Below, one piece after another: positions 1 to 8,454 of a DNA stretch of 64,000 bases. The stretch comes from Parcubacteria group bacterium ADurb.Bin159. GTDB taxonomy: Bacteria; Patescibacteriota; Patescibacteriia; UBA2591; MWDC01. Positions within the stretch are counted from its first letter, which is position 1, and every line of letters begins with the position of its first letter. The DNA is taken from NCBI GenBank assembly GCA_002070355.1, contig MWDC01000002.1, positions 8,814-72,813 on the forward strand. Reading direction: 5' to 3'. The notes below the pieces were generated by a model, which was given only the letters and a program-made list of their open reading frames with translations, did not search any database and was not told where the DNA came from. The position numbers were made by a program, and so were the translations under genes.

Positions 1-638
1 CCATAAATTTAAAAGAAAATATTAAAAATTTTAGTCCGGCTAAAATAGACAAAAGAATTCCTTCTTTTTGTCCGGGTTGTCCTCATCAGCCAGTTTTTTA
101 CGCGGTAAGAGAAGTTTTGGGTAAAGATAAAATTTATGGCGGCGATATTGGCTGTTATTTATTGGGGGCAATGCCTCCTTTTTATGGTGAAGATTTTATT
201 GTGGCTATGGGCGCGGGAATAGGCATATCGCATGGCATTAGCCAAACAAATAAAAAAAAGCCAGTGGCTTTTATTGGTGATTCCACTTTTTTTCACGCGG
301 GCATTCCTGCTTTGATAAATTTAATTTTTAATCAAGCTGATATTTTAGTGATTATTTTGAACAATCATTTTACCTCTATGACCGGACAGCAGCCGCATCC
401 AGAAACCGGAGAAAACGCCCGAGGCATAACTAAAAAAATTGCGATTGAAGATGTGGTTAAATCTATTCAAGTTGATTGGGTGAAAACCGTCAGCGCTTAT
501 AATTTAACTGAGTTAAAAAAAGCCCTTAAAGAGGGTTATGAGAAAAAAGGGGTTTGTGTTTTAATTACCGAAGGTCCCTGTCGTCTCGGTAAAAGACTTA
601 AGGGTGGAACCCTTAAATCCCCTGTAGTAGAGCGGTAA
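1..638 (+). CDS. iorA: indolepyruvate/2-oxoacid:ferredoxin oxidoreductase alpha (TPP-binding) subunit, 3' portion; gene begins upstream of window
   Basis: Frame is open from nt 3. The translation contains SFCPGCPHQPVFYAV (CPGCPH motif) and the GDIGCY / FIGDSTFFHAGIPALIN TPP-binding signatures. The last ~14 codons (KRLKGGTLKSPVVER) are encoded by the 41-bp hairpin repeat at 595-635. Confidence 0.7.
   Translation, partial: INLKENIKNFSPAKIDKRIPSFCPGCPHQPVFYAVREVLGKDKIYGGDIGCYLLGAMPPFYGEDFIVAMGAGIGISHGISQTNKKKPVAFIGDSTFFHAGIPALINLIFNQADILVIILNNHFTSMTGQQPHPETGENARGITKKIAIEDVVKSIQVDWVKTVSAYNLTELKKALKEGYEKKGVCVLITEGPCRLGKRLKGGTLKSPVVER
595..635 (+). repeat. 41-bp hairpin repeat R2, copy 1 (gacttaagggTGGAAcccttaaatcccctgtagtagagcgg)
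   Basis: Near-identical to 20101-20141. The stem is cttaaggg/cccttaa(g). The 5-nt loop TGGAA is the reverse complement of the loop TTCCA in copy 2, while the 3' tail tcccctgtagtagagcgg is in the same orientation. It ends 11 nt before the iorB ATG. Confidence 0.8.
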
Positions 639-646
639 AAACAACT

Positions 647-1216
647 ATGACAAAATTTTTTAATTTAATTATTTGCGGTTATGGAGGCCAAGGAGTTTTA
701 ACTTTGGCGGAAATAATTTCTCGCGCTGCTTTGGAAGAAAATTATAAAGTAATGGAATCCGAGTTGCACGGTTTAGCGCAAAGAGGCGGTCCTTTGGATT
801 GCCATATTAGAATGGGAAAAAACCAAGAATTTTTTTCTCCCTTAATCAGGCGAGGGGAAGCGGATTTAATTATTGCTTTGGATTTATTAGAAGCTTGGCG
901 GGCTTGTTATTTCGCTAACAAAAAAAAGACGAAAATTATTAGTAACGAAGAAATAGGTTTTCTTGGTAAATGGCAGGGGACGGACAAAAAACAAATGATT
1001 TCCCAAATTAAAAAAAACAGTCAAGAACAAGAATTTATAGAAGCAACAAAAATAGTTAAAGAAAACGTGGGGATTATTGGGCCTTTAAATATTTTTATGC
1101 TTTCTCAAGCGCTGAAAAAAAATTATCTCCCCTTAAAGAGGGAGACAGTTTGGCGAGTTATTGAAGAAAGATTAAAAGGTAAAAATTTGGAAATTAATAA
1201 AAAAGTTTTTTGTTAG
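647..1216 (+). CDS. iorB: indolepyruvate ferredoxin oxidoreductase beta subunit (POR/OFOR gamma-type catalytic domain)
   Basis: 189 aa. N-terminus ICGYGGQGVLTLAEIISRAAL..GLAQRGGPLDCHIRMG is the typical IorB/PorG fold. It lies 9 nt downstream of iorA. Confidence 0.75.
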   Translation: MTKFFNLIICGYGGQGVLTLAEIISRAALEENYKVMESELHGLAQRGGPLDCHIRMGKNQEFFSPLIRRGEADLIIALDLLEAWRACYFANKKKTKIISNEEIGFLGKWQGTDKKQMISQIKKNSQEQEFIEATKIVKENVGIIGPLNIFMLSQALKKNYLPLKRETVWRVIEERLKGKNLEINKKVFC

Positions 1217-1461
1217 GGTCAGACCCCAAAAACCGACCGCTGATAACCCTTTATTGATGCGGGTTTGCGGGCGATTTTTCAAAAATGGCACGATTTTGAT
1301 CAGAATTTGGAATTTAGAATTTTAAATATAAAATTTATTTTATTTTTATCATTTTTTACATTATTTTAAATTTGGTAAAAAAAGTGTCAAAATTGATTTT
1401 CGGGCGATTTTACCCTTTATTGATGCGGGTTTGCAGAGGTCGGAAAAAGGGGACTGTCCCC
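1216..1461 (-). repeat. modular intergenic repeat element, copy A (~246 bp), an inverted copy of element F at 53985-54222
   Basis: Modules found: M2 palindrome GGGTCAGACCCC (1216-1227); M3 ccctttattgatgcgggttt twice (1247-1266, 1413-1432); M5 aaaaatggcacgattttgat (1281-1300); AT-rich core; M1 palindrome GGGGACTGTCCCC (1449-1461). The reverse complement aligns to copy F over the full length at roughly 85-90% identity. Confidence 0.85.
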
Positions 1462-3659
1462 TTTGCAATTGACTTTGGCCAATCTTGAATAAGAAGAAGA
1501 TTGGCTTTTTCATTTGGATGAAATTCTTGCCAAATTTTTTCCGTGACAAAGGGAATAAACGGGTGTAAAAGTTTAAGCAGATCAAATAAAATTAAATATA
1601 AAATTTTAATTGTTTGATCCTTTAACTCAGCGTTTTTAATTTGTTTTTTAGCGGTTTCAATATATATATCGGCTAATTCGTGCCAAGAAAACTGATAAAG
1701 CTCTTGCGCGGCTTTACCTAATTCGTATTGTTCGATTTTTGAAGTAACGGAAATAATTATTTCGTTTAATCGCGAAAGGATTTGAATATCAGCAGGGGTC
1801 AGATTTTTATAATTTATTTTTTCTTTACTAAAATCTGTATCTATTGAATCTTGCATTTTTATAAATCGGGCAATGTTATAAATTTTATTAACGAAATTTC
1901 TCGCTCCCACTAAAGAGCGTTCATCAAATTTTATAGATTGCTGTTCTGGGGTAAGATTAAAAATTAAGCTCCAGCGAGTGGCATCGGCTCCGTAATTTTT
2001 AATTAAGTTTAATGGGTCAACGCCTGTGCCCAATGATTTGCTCATTCGTCGGCCTTCGGGGTTAAGAATAGTGGGATGAATATAAACCGTGGAAAACGGA
2101 ATTTTGCCGGTAAATTCTAAAGAGGAAAAAATCATTCGGGATACCCACAGATAAAGAATTTCTTGGGCAGTAGTTAAAAAATCAGTAGGATAAAAATTTT
2201 TTAAATCTTTTGTTTTTTTAGGCCAGCCAAGAATGGCAAATGGCCAAAGAGCAGAAGAAAACCAGGTATCTAACACATCGGGGACTTGCTCGTATTCTGA
2301 ATTACATATGGGGCATTTTTCTTTCGGCTTATTTATGGAAACTATGAAATTTGTTTTTTGGTTTTGATGGGCAGATTTTGAATTTTCTGCTTGACATTGC
2401 CAAACAGGCAATCTGTGCCCCCACCACAATTGGCGGGAAATACACCAATCTTCGATATTTTGAAGCCAATTAAAATATAATTTTTCTAAACGTGAGGGAA
2501 TTATTTTGATTTTTCCTTGTTTTACTACTTTAATGGCTGGGCGAACCAATTTATCCATTTTAATAAACCACTGAGTAGATATTTGCGGTTCGATAGGCGT
2601 TAGACACCGGTCGCATAAAGAAAGATGGTGAGTATAATCTTCTTCTTTAACTAATAATTTGAGACGTTCTAACTCCTCCTTTATTTTCTGCCGCGCTTCT
2701 AAAACAGGCAGCCCTTTATATTTACCCGCTTCATCAGTCATTTTTGCTTGCGGGCCAATAACATTTATAATTTTTAATTTATGCGCTTGGCCAATTTTCC
2801 AGTCAAGAGCATCGTGGGCAGGGGTGATTTTAACTGCTCCGGTGCCAAATTGAGGGTCAACAAAATGATTGGCAATAATAGGTATCTCCCGGTTAACTAT
2901 GGGCAGAATTGCTGTTTTGCCTATTAAATTTTTATATCTTTTGTCCTTAGGATTAACGGCTATGGCGGTATCGCCCAACATTGTTTCCGGCCGAGTAGTA
3001 GCCACAATAATATATTCTGAATTTTGAATTAAATTTGAATTTTTAATTTTATATTTTATATAGTAAAGTTTTGTTTTTTCTTCTTTATATTTAATTTCAA
3101 TATCAGAAATGGCTGTTTCGCATCTTGGACACCAGTTAACTAAACGCGGGCCACGATAAATATAGCCCTTTTGGTAATAATGAAAAAAAGCTTTCTCTAC
3201 AGCAGTGGAATAATCATCATCTAAAGTAAAACGAGTTCTTGACCAGTCGCAAGAACAACCCAATTTTTCAAATTGTGATAAAATAATATTGCCATATTTT
3301 TCTTTCCATTGCCAAACATACTCTAAAAATTTTTCACGGCCAATATTTTTGCGAGTTATTCCTTTTTTAGCTAATTCTTTTTCTACAACATTTTGAGTGG
3401 CAATGCCGGCATGGTCAGTACCGGGAACCCATAAAGTTTTTTCTCCTTTAAGCCGATGATAGCGAATTAAAATATCTTGAATAGTGGAGTTTAGGGCATG
3501 TCCCATATGGAGAGAACCGGTAATATTTGGTGGAGGGATAGCAATTACAAATTTTTTCTTTCTTTTCCCTGGCAGATTATCAGGATTAAAAAAGCCGCTC
3601 TCTTTCCAGAGCTGGTAAATTTCCTCTTCAAATTTTTCCGCTTGCCATTTCGGCTCCAT
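1410..3659 (-). CDS. valS: valine--tRNA ligase (short form, about 749 aa, no long C-terminal coiled coil)
   Basis: PPPNITGSLHMGHALN (HIGH region), KMSKS motif, and the CP1 editing motif GTGAVKITPAHD. The last ~17 codons are read through repeat element A. Confidence 0.9.
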   Translation of the reverse strand: MEPKWQAEKFEEEIYQLWKESGFFNPDNLPGKRKKKFVIAIPPPNITGSLHMGHALNSTIQDILIRYHRLKGEKTLWVPGTDHAGIATQNVVEKELAKKGITRKNIGREKFLEYVWQWKEKYGNIILSQFEKLGCSCDWSRTRFTLDDDYSTAVEKAFFHYYQKGYIYRGPRLVNWCPRCETAISDIEIKYKEEKTKLYYIKYKIKNSNLIQNSEYIIVATTRPETMLGDTAIAVNPKDKRYKNLIGKTAILPIVNREIPIIANHFVDPQFGTGAVKITPAHDALDWKIGQAHKLKIINVIGPQAKMTDEAGKYKGLPVLEARQKIKEELERLKLLVKEEDYTHHLSLCDRCLTPIEPQISTQWFIKMDKLVRPAIKVVKQGKIKIIPSRLEKLYFNWLQNIEDWCISRQLWWGHRLPVWQCQAENSKSAHQNQKTNFIVSINKPKEKCPICNSEYEQVPDVLDTWFSSALWPFAILGWPKKTKDLKNFYPTDFLTTAQEILYLWVSRMIFSSLEFTGKIPFSTVYIHPTILNPEGRRMSKSLGTGVDPLNLIKNYGADATRWSLIFNLTPEQQSIKFDERSLVGARNFVNKIYNIARFIKMQDSIDTDFSKEKINYKNLTPADIQILSRLNEIIISVTSKIEQYELGKAAQELYQFSWHELADIYIETAKKQIKNAELKDQTIKILYLILFDLLKLLHPFIPFVTEKIWQEFHPNEKANLLLIQDWPKSIAKGTVPFFRPLQTRINKG

Positions 3660-3703
3660 AATTTTTATTGTATTGATTTTTTGTATTAAGTCAATAATTT
3701 ATA

Positions 3704-3732
3704 TTGCTTGATTTCTAAAAATATATTATAAT
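3704..3732 (+). promoter_or_regulatory. sigma70-like promoter TTGCTT-N17-TATAAT; the -10 box ends 7 nt before the ATG at 3740 (leaderless mRNA)
   Basis: ttgctt at 3704-3709 and tataat at 3727-3732. No Shine-Dalgarno sequence is present. Confidence 0.5.
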
Positions 3733-3739
3733 ATAACAT

Positions 3740-4615
3740 ATGTCGATAGAGAGGCAATCAAATTCGGCAATTAAACAAGAAAAAGTTATAATCCCTAAAG
3801 AAGAAGGGGATAATTATAAGAAAGAAAAAGAAGAGCAAAAGCAGATAAAAGAATTTTATACTGATAATCTAAAAAACATTTTTGAAAAATTTTACCAGTC
3901 CTCTTTGGACTGGCGATTAATTGGTGGAACGGCTTTAAGTCTTTGTTTAGATAAAATTCCCGAACCTTATCGTTCTGATGGAACAGTTAGAGATGTGGAT
4001 ATTATGATTTTAGATGAAAAGCCAGAGAATCTTGAAGAAATAGACAAATTTTTTGAAAAAGAAAGGGAAAAATATAATATAAAAAATCCACATAATCCTG
4101 TTTATCCAGAAGTATCTATTTTTGCTATTAAAAATAAAAAATATTTGGAAGAAAAGAAGGCCTCTGTTTCTCAATTAGTGCCCCATATTTTGCGAGATGG
4201 TTCCCGTTTTTTTCTCCAATTTAGAGACATTTGGGAAGAGCTTGATCCAAAAATTTTAGAACCATATACTTTGGAAGTGGAAACAAATAAAGGGATTATT
4301 AAAGCCGAATCTTTTAATCCACAAACATTAGTTCATCTATACCTTAAACGTATCGGATGCTTAAAACTCAAAGATATAGATAAAATAAAAAATTTTTTAA
4401 GAGAATATAAAGAAAAAAACAAAAATCCGGAAATAGAAGAGAACCATAATTTATATTTGCCTTTTCATAGATTAGCTAAAAAGATGAGAGAAAAATATAA
4501 AATTGTCACCAAAGCTTGGCAATTATACAATTTAGTTGATTATAAATTGTTTAATTCGGCTTTGAGTCATAAAATAGTGCCGGAAAAAATAATTAAGATA
4601 TTTTTAGAAAAATAA
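3740..4615 (+). CDS. hypothetical K/E-rich protein with a possible nucleotidyltransferase-fold core
   Basis: 291 aa. LIGGTALSL..(x15)..DGTVRDVDIMI loosely fits the hG[GS]...DhDh motif of Pol-beta-like nucleotidyltransferases. Beyond that motif the recognisable similarity is weak. Confidence 0.45.
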   Translation: MSIERQSNSAIKQEKVIIPKEEGDNYKKEKEEQKQIKEFYTDNLKNIFEKFYQSSLDWRLIGGTALSLCLDKIPEPYRSDGTVRDVDIMILDEKPENLEEIDKFFEKEREKYNIKNPHNPVYPEVSIFAIKNKKYLEEKKASVSQLVPHILRDGSRFFLQFRDIWEELDPKILEPYTLEVETNKGIIKAESFNPQTLVHLYLKRIGCLKLKDIDKIKNFLREYKEKNKNPEIEENHNLYLPFHRLAKKMREKYKIVTKAWQLYNLVDYKLFNSALSHKIVPEKIIKIFLEK

Positions 4616-4629
4616 TTAACAGATTTTAT

Positions 4630-5655
4630 ATGGATATTCTAAATATCAAAAAACAAATAGAAGAAGATATTAGCCGCGTGAGGACATTAAATGATTTAGA
4701 AAATATTTCTAAAAAATATTTAGGCAGAAAAGGCGAGATTACTCGTTTTTTTGATGAAATAAAAAATTTTTCTTCAAAGCAAAGAGCAGAGAAAGGAAGA
4801 GAGGGGAATGAACTTAAAAATTGGTTAATTACCCAAATAGAAAGCAAGAGGCAAATATTTGAAAAGGGAGGAGAAGAGAGTAAATACAAAAAAGATATAG
4901 ACATTACTCAGCCCGGGGAAAAAATAGAAAGGGGTAATTTGTCGCTGATTACCCAGATGAAAAATGAAATAGAAATGTTTTTTCTTTCTATGGGGTTTGA
5001 TATAGCTGAGGGGCCGAATGTGGAAACAGAATTTTATAATTTTGATGCCTTAAATATACCAGAATATCATCCGGCTCGAGATATACAAGATACTTTTTGG
5101 CTGAAAGAAAAGGGAATAAATAAAGAAAAATTACTTTTGCGCACTCACACTTCGCCGGTGCAAATAAGATATATGAGAGAGCATAAGCCGCCGCTGAAAA
5201 TGATAACTATTGGCAATACTTTTAGACATGAAGCCATTGATGCTTCCCATGAAGCGCAATTTTGCCAAATGGAAGGGTTGGCTGTTGATAAAAACATTTC
5301 TTTGGCGAATTTAAAAGATGTGGTGGAAAATTTTTTGCGGCATTTTTTCGGCAAAAAAATGGCTATTCAATGGCGACCAGGTTATTTTCCTTTTGTTGAG
5401 CCGGGAGTAGAAGTGGATATGGAGTGTTTGATGTGTCGCGGAAAAGGATGTCCGGTTTGTAAAAATAGTGGATGGCTGGAAGTAATGGGGGCAGGAATGG
5501 TTCATCCGTATGTTTTAAAAAAAGGAGGTATTGACCCTCATAAATGGCAGGGATTTGCTTTTGGTATAGGCATTGACCGTTTGGTGATGTTAAGACACTG
5601 TATTACTGACATTCGAGTTTTCCGCGGGGGACAGTCCCCAAAGATTGACTTCTGA
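4630..5655 (+). CDS. pheS: phenylalanine--tRNA ligase alpha subunit
   Basis: 341 aa. The class II core motifs FRHEAIDASHEAQFCQMEGL and GAGMVHP are present. The last codons run into repeat element B. Confidence 0.95.
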   Translation: MDILNIKKQIEEDISRVRTLNDLENISKKYLGRKGEITRFFDEIKNFSSKQRAEKGREGNELKNWLITQIESKRQIFEKGGEESKYKKDIDITQPGEKIERGNLSLITQMKNEIEMFFLSMGFDIAEGPNVETEFYNFDALNIPEYHPARDIQDTFWLKEKGINKEKLLLRTHTSPVQIRYMREHKPPLKMITIGNTFRHEAIDASHEAQFCQMEGLAVDKNISLANLKDVVENFLRHFFGKKMAIQWRPGYFPFVEPGVEVDMECLMCRGKGCPVCKNSGWLEVMGAGMVHPYVLKKGGIDPHKWQGFAFGIGIDRLVMLRHCITDIRVFRGGQSPKIDF

Positions 5656-5933
5656 AAATCCGCATAAATAAAGGCGAAACAAGCGAATTTTTAAAATTAG
5701 GGTTGTGGACCCTAAATTTGAAAAATTATTTAAATTGGTCAAAAAATATATTAGTATTAAAGGAACAGTCCCCAAAAAAAGTAAAAAGTTGTTTAAATTG
5801 ATTAAAAAATATAATTTTTATTTTGAATAAACAAAATTCTAAATTTAGGGTTGTGAGCCCTAAATTTGAAAAATGCCTTTGAAACGCAGATGAATAAAGG
5901 CTTTTAGAGGGGCGGAAACAAGGGACTGTCCCC
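5627..5933 (+). repeat. modular intergenic repeat element, copy B (long form with an internal partial duplication)
   Basis: M1 GGGGACAGTCCCC (5627-5639); M3 aaatccgcataaataaaggc (5656-5675); M4 palindrome tagggttgtggaccctaa (5698-5715); half M1 ggaacagtcccc (5762-5773); M4 copy (5846-5863); M3-like cgcagatgaataaaggc (5885-5901); M1 (5922-5933). It is co-linear with copy E. Confidence 0.85.
5789..5815 (+). promoter_or_regulatory. promoter-like TTGTTT-N15-TATAAT embedded in repeat B, facing pheT
   Basis: The same arrangement (TTGCTT-N15-TATAAT) occurs at the equivalent position of repeat E (14772-14798). The 15-nt spacer is shorter than optimal. Confidence 0.35.
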
Positions 5934-5951
5934 AAAAAACCCAAAAAAATT

Positions 5952-8339
5952 ATGCTTTTGTCTTATTCGTGGTTAAAAGAATTAACAGGATTTAAATTAA
6001 AGCCAGAAAAACTGGCGGATATTTTGTCTACCCATACAGCAGAAGTAGAGAAAATAATTAAATTAGGACAAGGATTGGATAAAATAGTGGTGGGTGAAAT
6101 AAAAGAAATTAAACCTTTACCCAAATCTAAAAAATTAAGTTTAGCTAAAGTTCAAACAAAAATAAATAAAAAGGTGAAAGAATTGGATATAGTTTGCGGG
6201 GCGGAAAATATTGCCGTGGGGCAAAAAGTTCCCTTAGCCTTAACAGGAGCGAAAATATTAGGCGAGGAGATTAAAGAAGTTTCTATTTTGGGAGTAAAAT
6301 CTCAAGGCATGCTTTGCGCGGAAGACGAATTAGGCATTGGCGAAGATCATAGCGGAATTTATATTTTACCCGAAGAAACAAAAATAGGTGAACCAGTTGC
6401 TAAAGTTTTAGGACTTAATGATTATATATTAGAAATAGAAAATTCATCTCTTACCCATCGGCCGGATTTATTTAATCATTTTGGCTTGGCAAGAGAAATA
6501 ATGGCTTGCTTAGGGCAAATTAAAATTAAAAATTTTTACTTGCCAGCAGGTAAAGAAAATTCAAAATTAAAAGTTCAAAATCCAAAAATAAAACAACTCA
6601 AAATTATTGTTCAGGACAATAAATTATGTCCGCGTTATATGGCAGTAATTATAGACGGAATTAAAATTGTGCCTTCTCCTTTATGGATGCAGAATAGGTT
6701 AAGAAATTGCGGTATTCGGCCGATTAATAATGTAGTGGACATCACTAATTATGTTTTATTGGAATTAGGTCAACCCTTACACGCCTTTGATTTGAATAAT
6801 TTAGAGGGAACGCAAATAATGGTCAGGCCTGCAAAAAAAGGAGAAAAAATTTTAGCTTTGGACGGCAAGGAATATGAATTAGATAAAACAGATTTAATTA
6901 TTGCCGATAAAATAAAACCTGTTGCTTTAGCCGGAATAATGGGAGGAGAATATTCCGGAATATCCGAGAAAACAAAAACCATTGTTATTGAATCAGCCAA
7001 TTTTAACCCTATAAATATTCGTCAATCTTCCAAGCGTTTAGGGATAAGGACAGAATCATCTTTACGTTTTGAAAAGGGTTTGCCATTGAATTTTAGCCAA
7101 GAAGGTCTTTATCGAGCCATTGAATTAGTGAAAAATTTAGCGCAAGGGCAAGTGGTCAGCCAAATTTTTGATATAAAAAGTGAAGAAGCAAAAAGGCGAT
7201 TAACCGGTTCTAAAAAAATTTTTTTGAATTTTGAAAAATTAGAAAGAGTAGCCGGCATAAAATTTTCTACTAAAGAGATATTAAGTATATTAAAATTTTT
7301 AGGGTTTAAAACAAAGGAGCAAAAAAAGGACATTTTAGTTCAAGCGCCGATTTGGCGAAACGATATTAATATCCCCGAAGATATTATTGAAGAGGTTGTC
7401 AGGATTTACGGCATAAATAAAATTAAACCTAAGCCGATAGTAGCAGAGATTAAACCAGTTGCTTTAAGCCCGGAAATGAGTTGGGAAAATAAATTAAAAG
7501 ATATTTTAGCGGGAGCGGGGTTTGATGAAATCTACACTTATATTTTTTATCAAACACCAATAGAAACAAAAGTAGAACATTTAGAATTAGCTAACCCTTT
7601 AAATCCAAGTCAAAGATATTTAAGAATAAGTCTTTTGCCAAATTTAGAGAAAAGTATAGAAAAAAATCAGCGGTTTTTTGAGAAGATAAAAGTTTTCGAA
7701 TTAAGTAATGTCTTTTATAGAAAAGATAATCAAATTGTGGAAAAGAAAAATTTGGCAGGTATAATTTATGGAGAAAAAGAATTATTTTTTAAGGCAAAAG
7801 GAGTAGTAGAAATGATTTGTCGCGCTTGCGGAGTAGGGAGAGAATCATTGAGGTTTGAATTTTTTTCTTCAGACGAGATGAAGGAGTGGATTGATTTAAG
7901 CAAAGATGGTTTAGAGATAGAGATATTAATAGATAATAATATTTTAGGAATATTTGGGGAGAGAAAATTAGAAAAATATAAAATTGGTTTTTTTGAACTT
8001 GATTTTAAAGTTTTGGTAAATTACGCTAAGCAAATTAAAAAGTATGAACCAGCTTCCCGATACGAGCCGGTTAAGAGAGATTTGGCTTTTTTAATAGATA
8101 AAAATATTTCTTGTCAAAAAATAGAAGCGACAATTAAAAGTATTGACCCATTAATAAAAAAAGTAGAATTGTTTGATATTTTTACCAGTGAACGGTTTGG
8201 TGAAAAAAGAAATTTAGCTTTTCATATTATTTATCAAAGCAATGAACGAACTCTTGTTACTGAAGAAGTAGATGTTATTCAGAAAAAAATTATTGATAGT
8301 TTAGAAAAAAATTTTAAAGCCATTCTGCGTGATTTCTAA
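5952..8339 (+). CDS. pheT: phenylalanine--tRNA ligase beta subunit
   Basis: 795 aa. N-terminus MLLSYSWLKELTG is the typical PheT start. It includes the B3/4 and B5 domains and the C-terminal anticodon-binding region, and follows pheS. Confidence 0.95.
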   Translation: MLLSYSWLKELTGFKLKPEKLADILSTHTAEVEKIIKLGQGLDKIVVGEIKEIKPLPKSKKLSLAKVQTKINKKVKELDIVCGAENIAVGQKVPLALTGAKILGEEIKEVSILGVKSQGMLCAEDELGIGEDHSGIYILPEETKIGEPVAKVLGLNDYILEIENSSLTHRPDLFNHFGLAREIMACLGQIKIKNFYLPAGKENSKLKVQNPKIKQLKIIVQDNKLCPRYMAVIIDGIKIVPSPLWMQNRLRNCGIRPINNVVDITNYVLLELGQPLHAFDLNNLEGTQIMVRPAKKGEKILALDGKEYELDKTDLIIADKIKPVALAGIMGGEYSGISEKTKTIVIESANFNPINIRQSSKRLGIRTESSLRFEKGLPLNFSQEGLYRAIELVKNLAQGQVVSQIFDIKSEEAKRRLTGSKKIFLNFEKLERVAGIKFSTKEILSILKFLGFKTKEQKKDILVQAPIWRNDINIPEDIIEEVVRIYGINKIKPKPIVAEIKPVALSPEMSWENKLKDILAGAGFDEIYTYIFYQTPIETKVEHLELANPLNPSQRYLRISLLPNLEKSIEKNQRFFEKIKVFELSNVFYRKDNQIVEKKNLAGIIYGEKELFFKAKGVVEMICRACGVGRESLRFEFFSSDEMKEWIDLSKDGLEIEILIDNNILGIFGERKLEKYKIGFFELDFKVLVNYAKQIKKYEPASRYEPVKRDLAFLIDKNISCQKIEATIKSIDPLIKKVELFDIFTSERFGEKRNLAFHIIYQSNERTLVTEEVDVIQKKIIDSLEKNFKAILRDF

Positions 8340-8340
8340 T

Positions 8341-8353
8341 GGGGACTGTCCCC
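8341..8353. repeat. solo M1 palindrome GGGGACTGTCCCC immediately after the pheT stop
   Basis: This 13-mer terminates or begins repeat elements A, B, E and F. It is followed by atatccaca (8361-8369), which matches the DnaA-box consensus at 8 of 9 positions. Confidence 0.7.
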
Positions 8354-8378
8354 AAAAAATATATCCACATAATTTAAT

Positions 8379-8406
8379 TTGACATATTTTGTTTATTTTT
8401 TATAAT
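8379..8406 (+). promoter_or_regulatory. consensus sigma70 promoter TTGACA-N16-TATAAT
   Basis: ttgaca at 8379-8384 and tataat at 8401-8406, 49 nt upstream of the 8455 ATG. Confidence 0.6.
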
Positions 8407-8454
8407 TAATTTATTATTTAATTTTTATTTATATTTTTATTTAATTTTAACATT

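Noticed and set aside
1361-1585. Antisense and short ORFs overlapping valS, pheS, pheT, smc, gyrB and others (1361-1585, 2659-2853, 3498-3689, 4626-4904, 5145-5354, 5311-5505, 6770-7000, 7109-7333, 13396-13614, 15108-15395, 17054-17530, 25698-25940, 28186-28745, 29858-30133, 32700-33038, 33422-33649, 36555-36971, 38580-39032, 41145-41417, 45937-46245, 49578-49811, 51282-51605, 52867-53229, 53803-54015, 55773-56003, 56248-56478, 59629-59850, 62571-62765)
   Set aside because: They lie opposite or inside well-supported conserved genes, in an AT-rich genome where stop-poor antisense frames are expected. None has motifs or promoter context.
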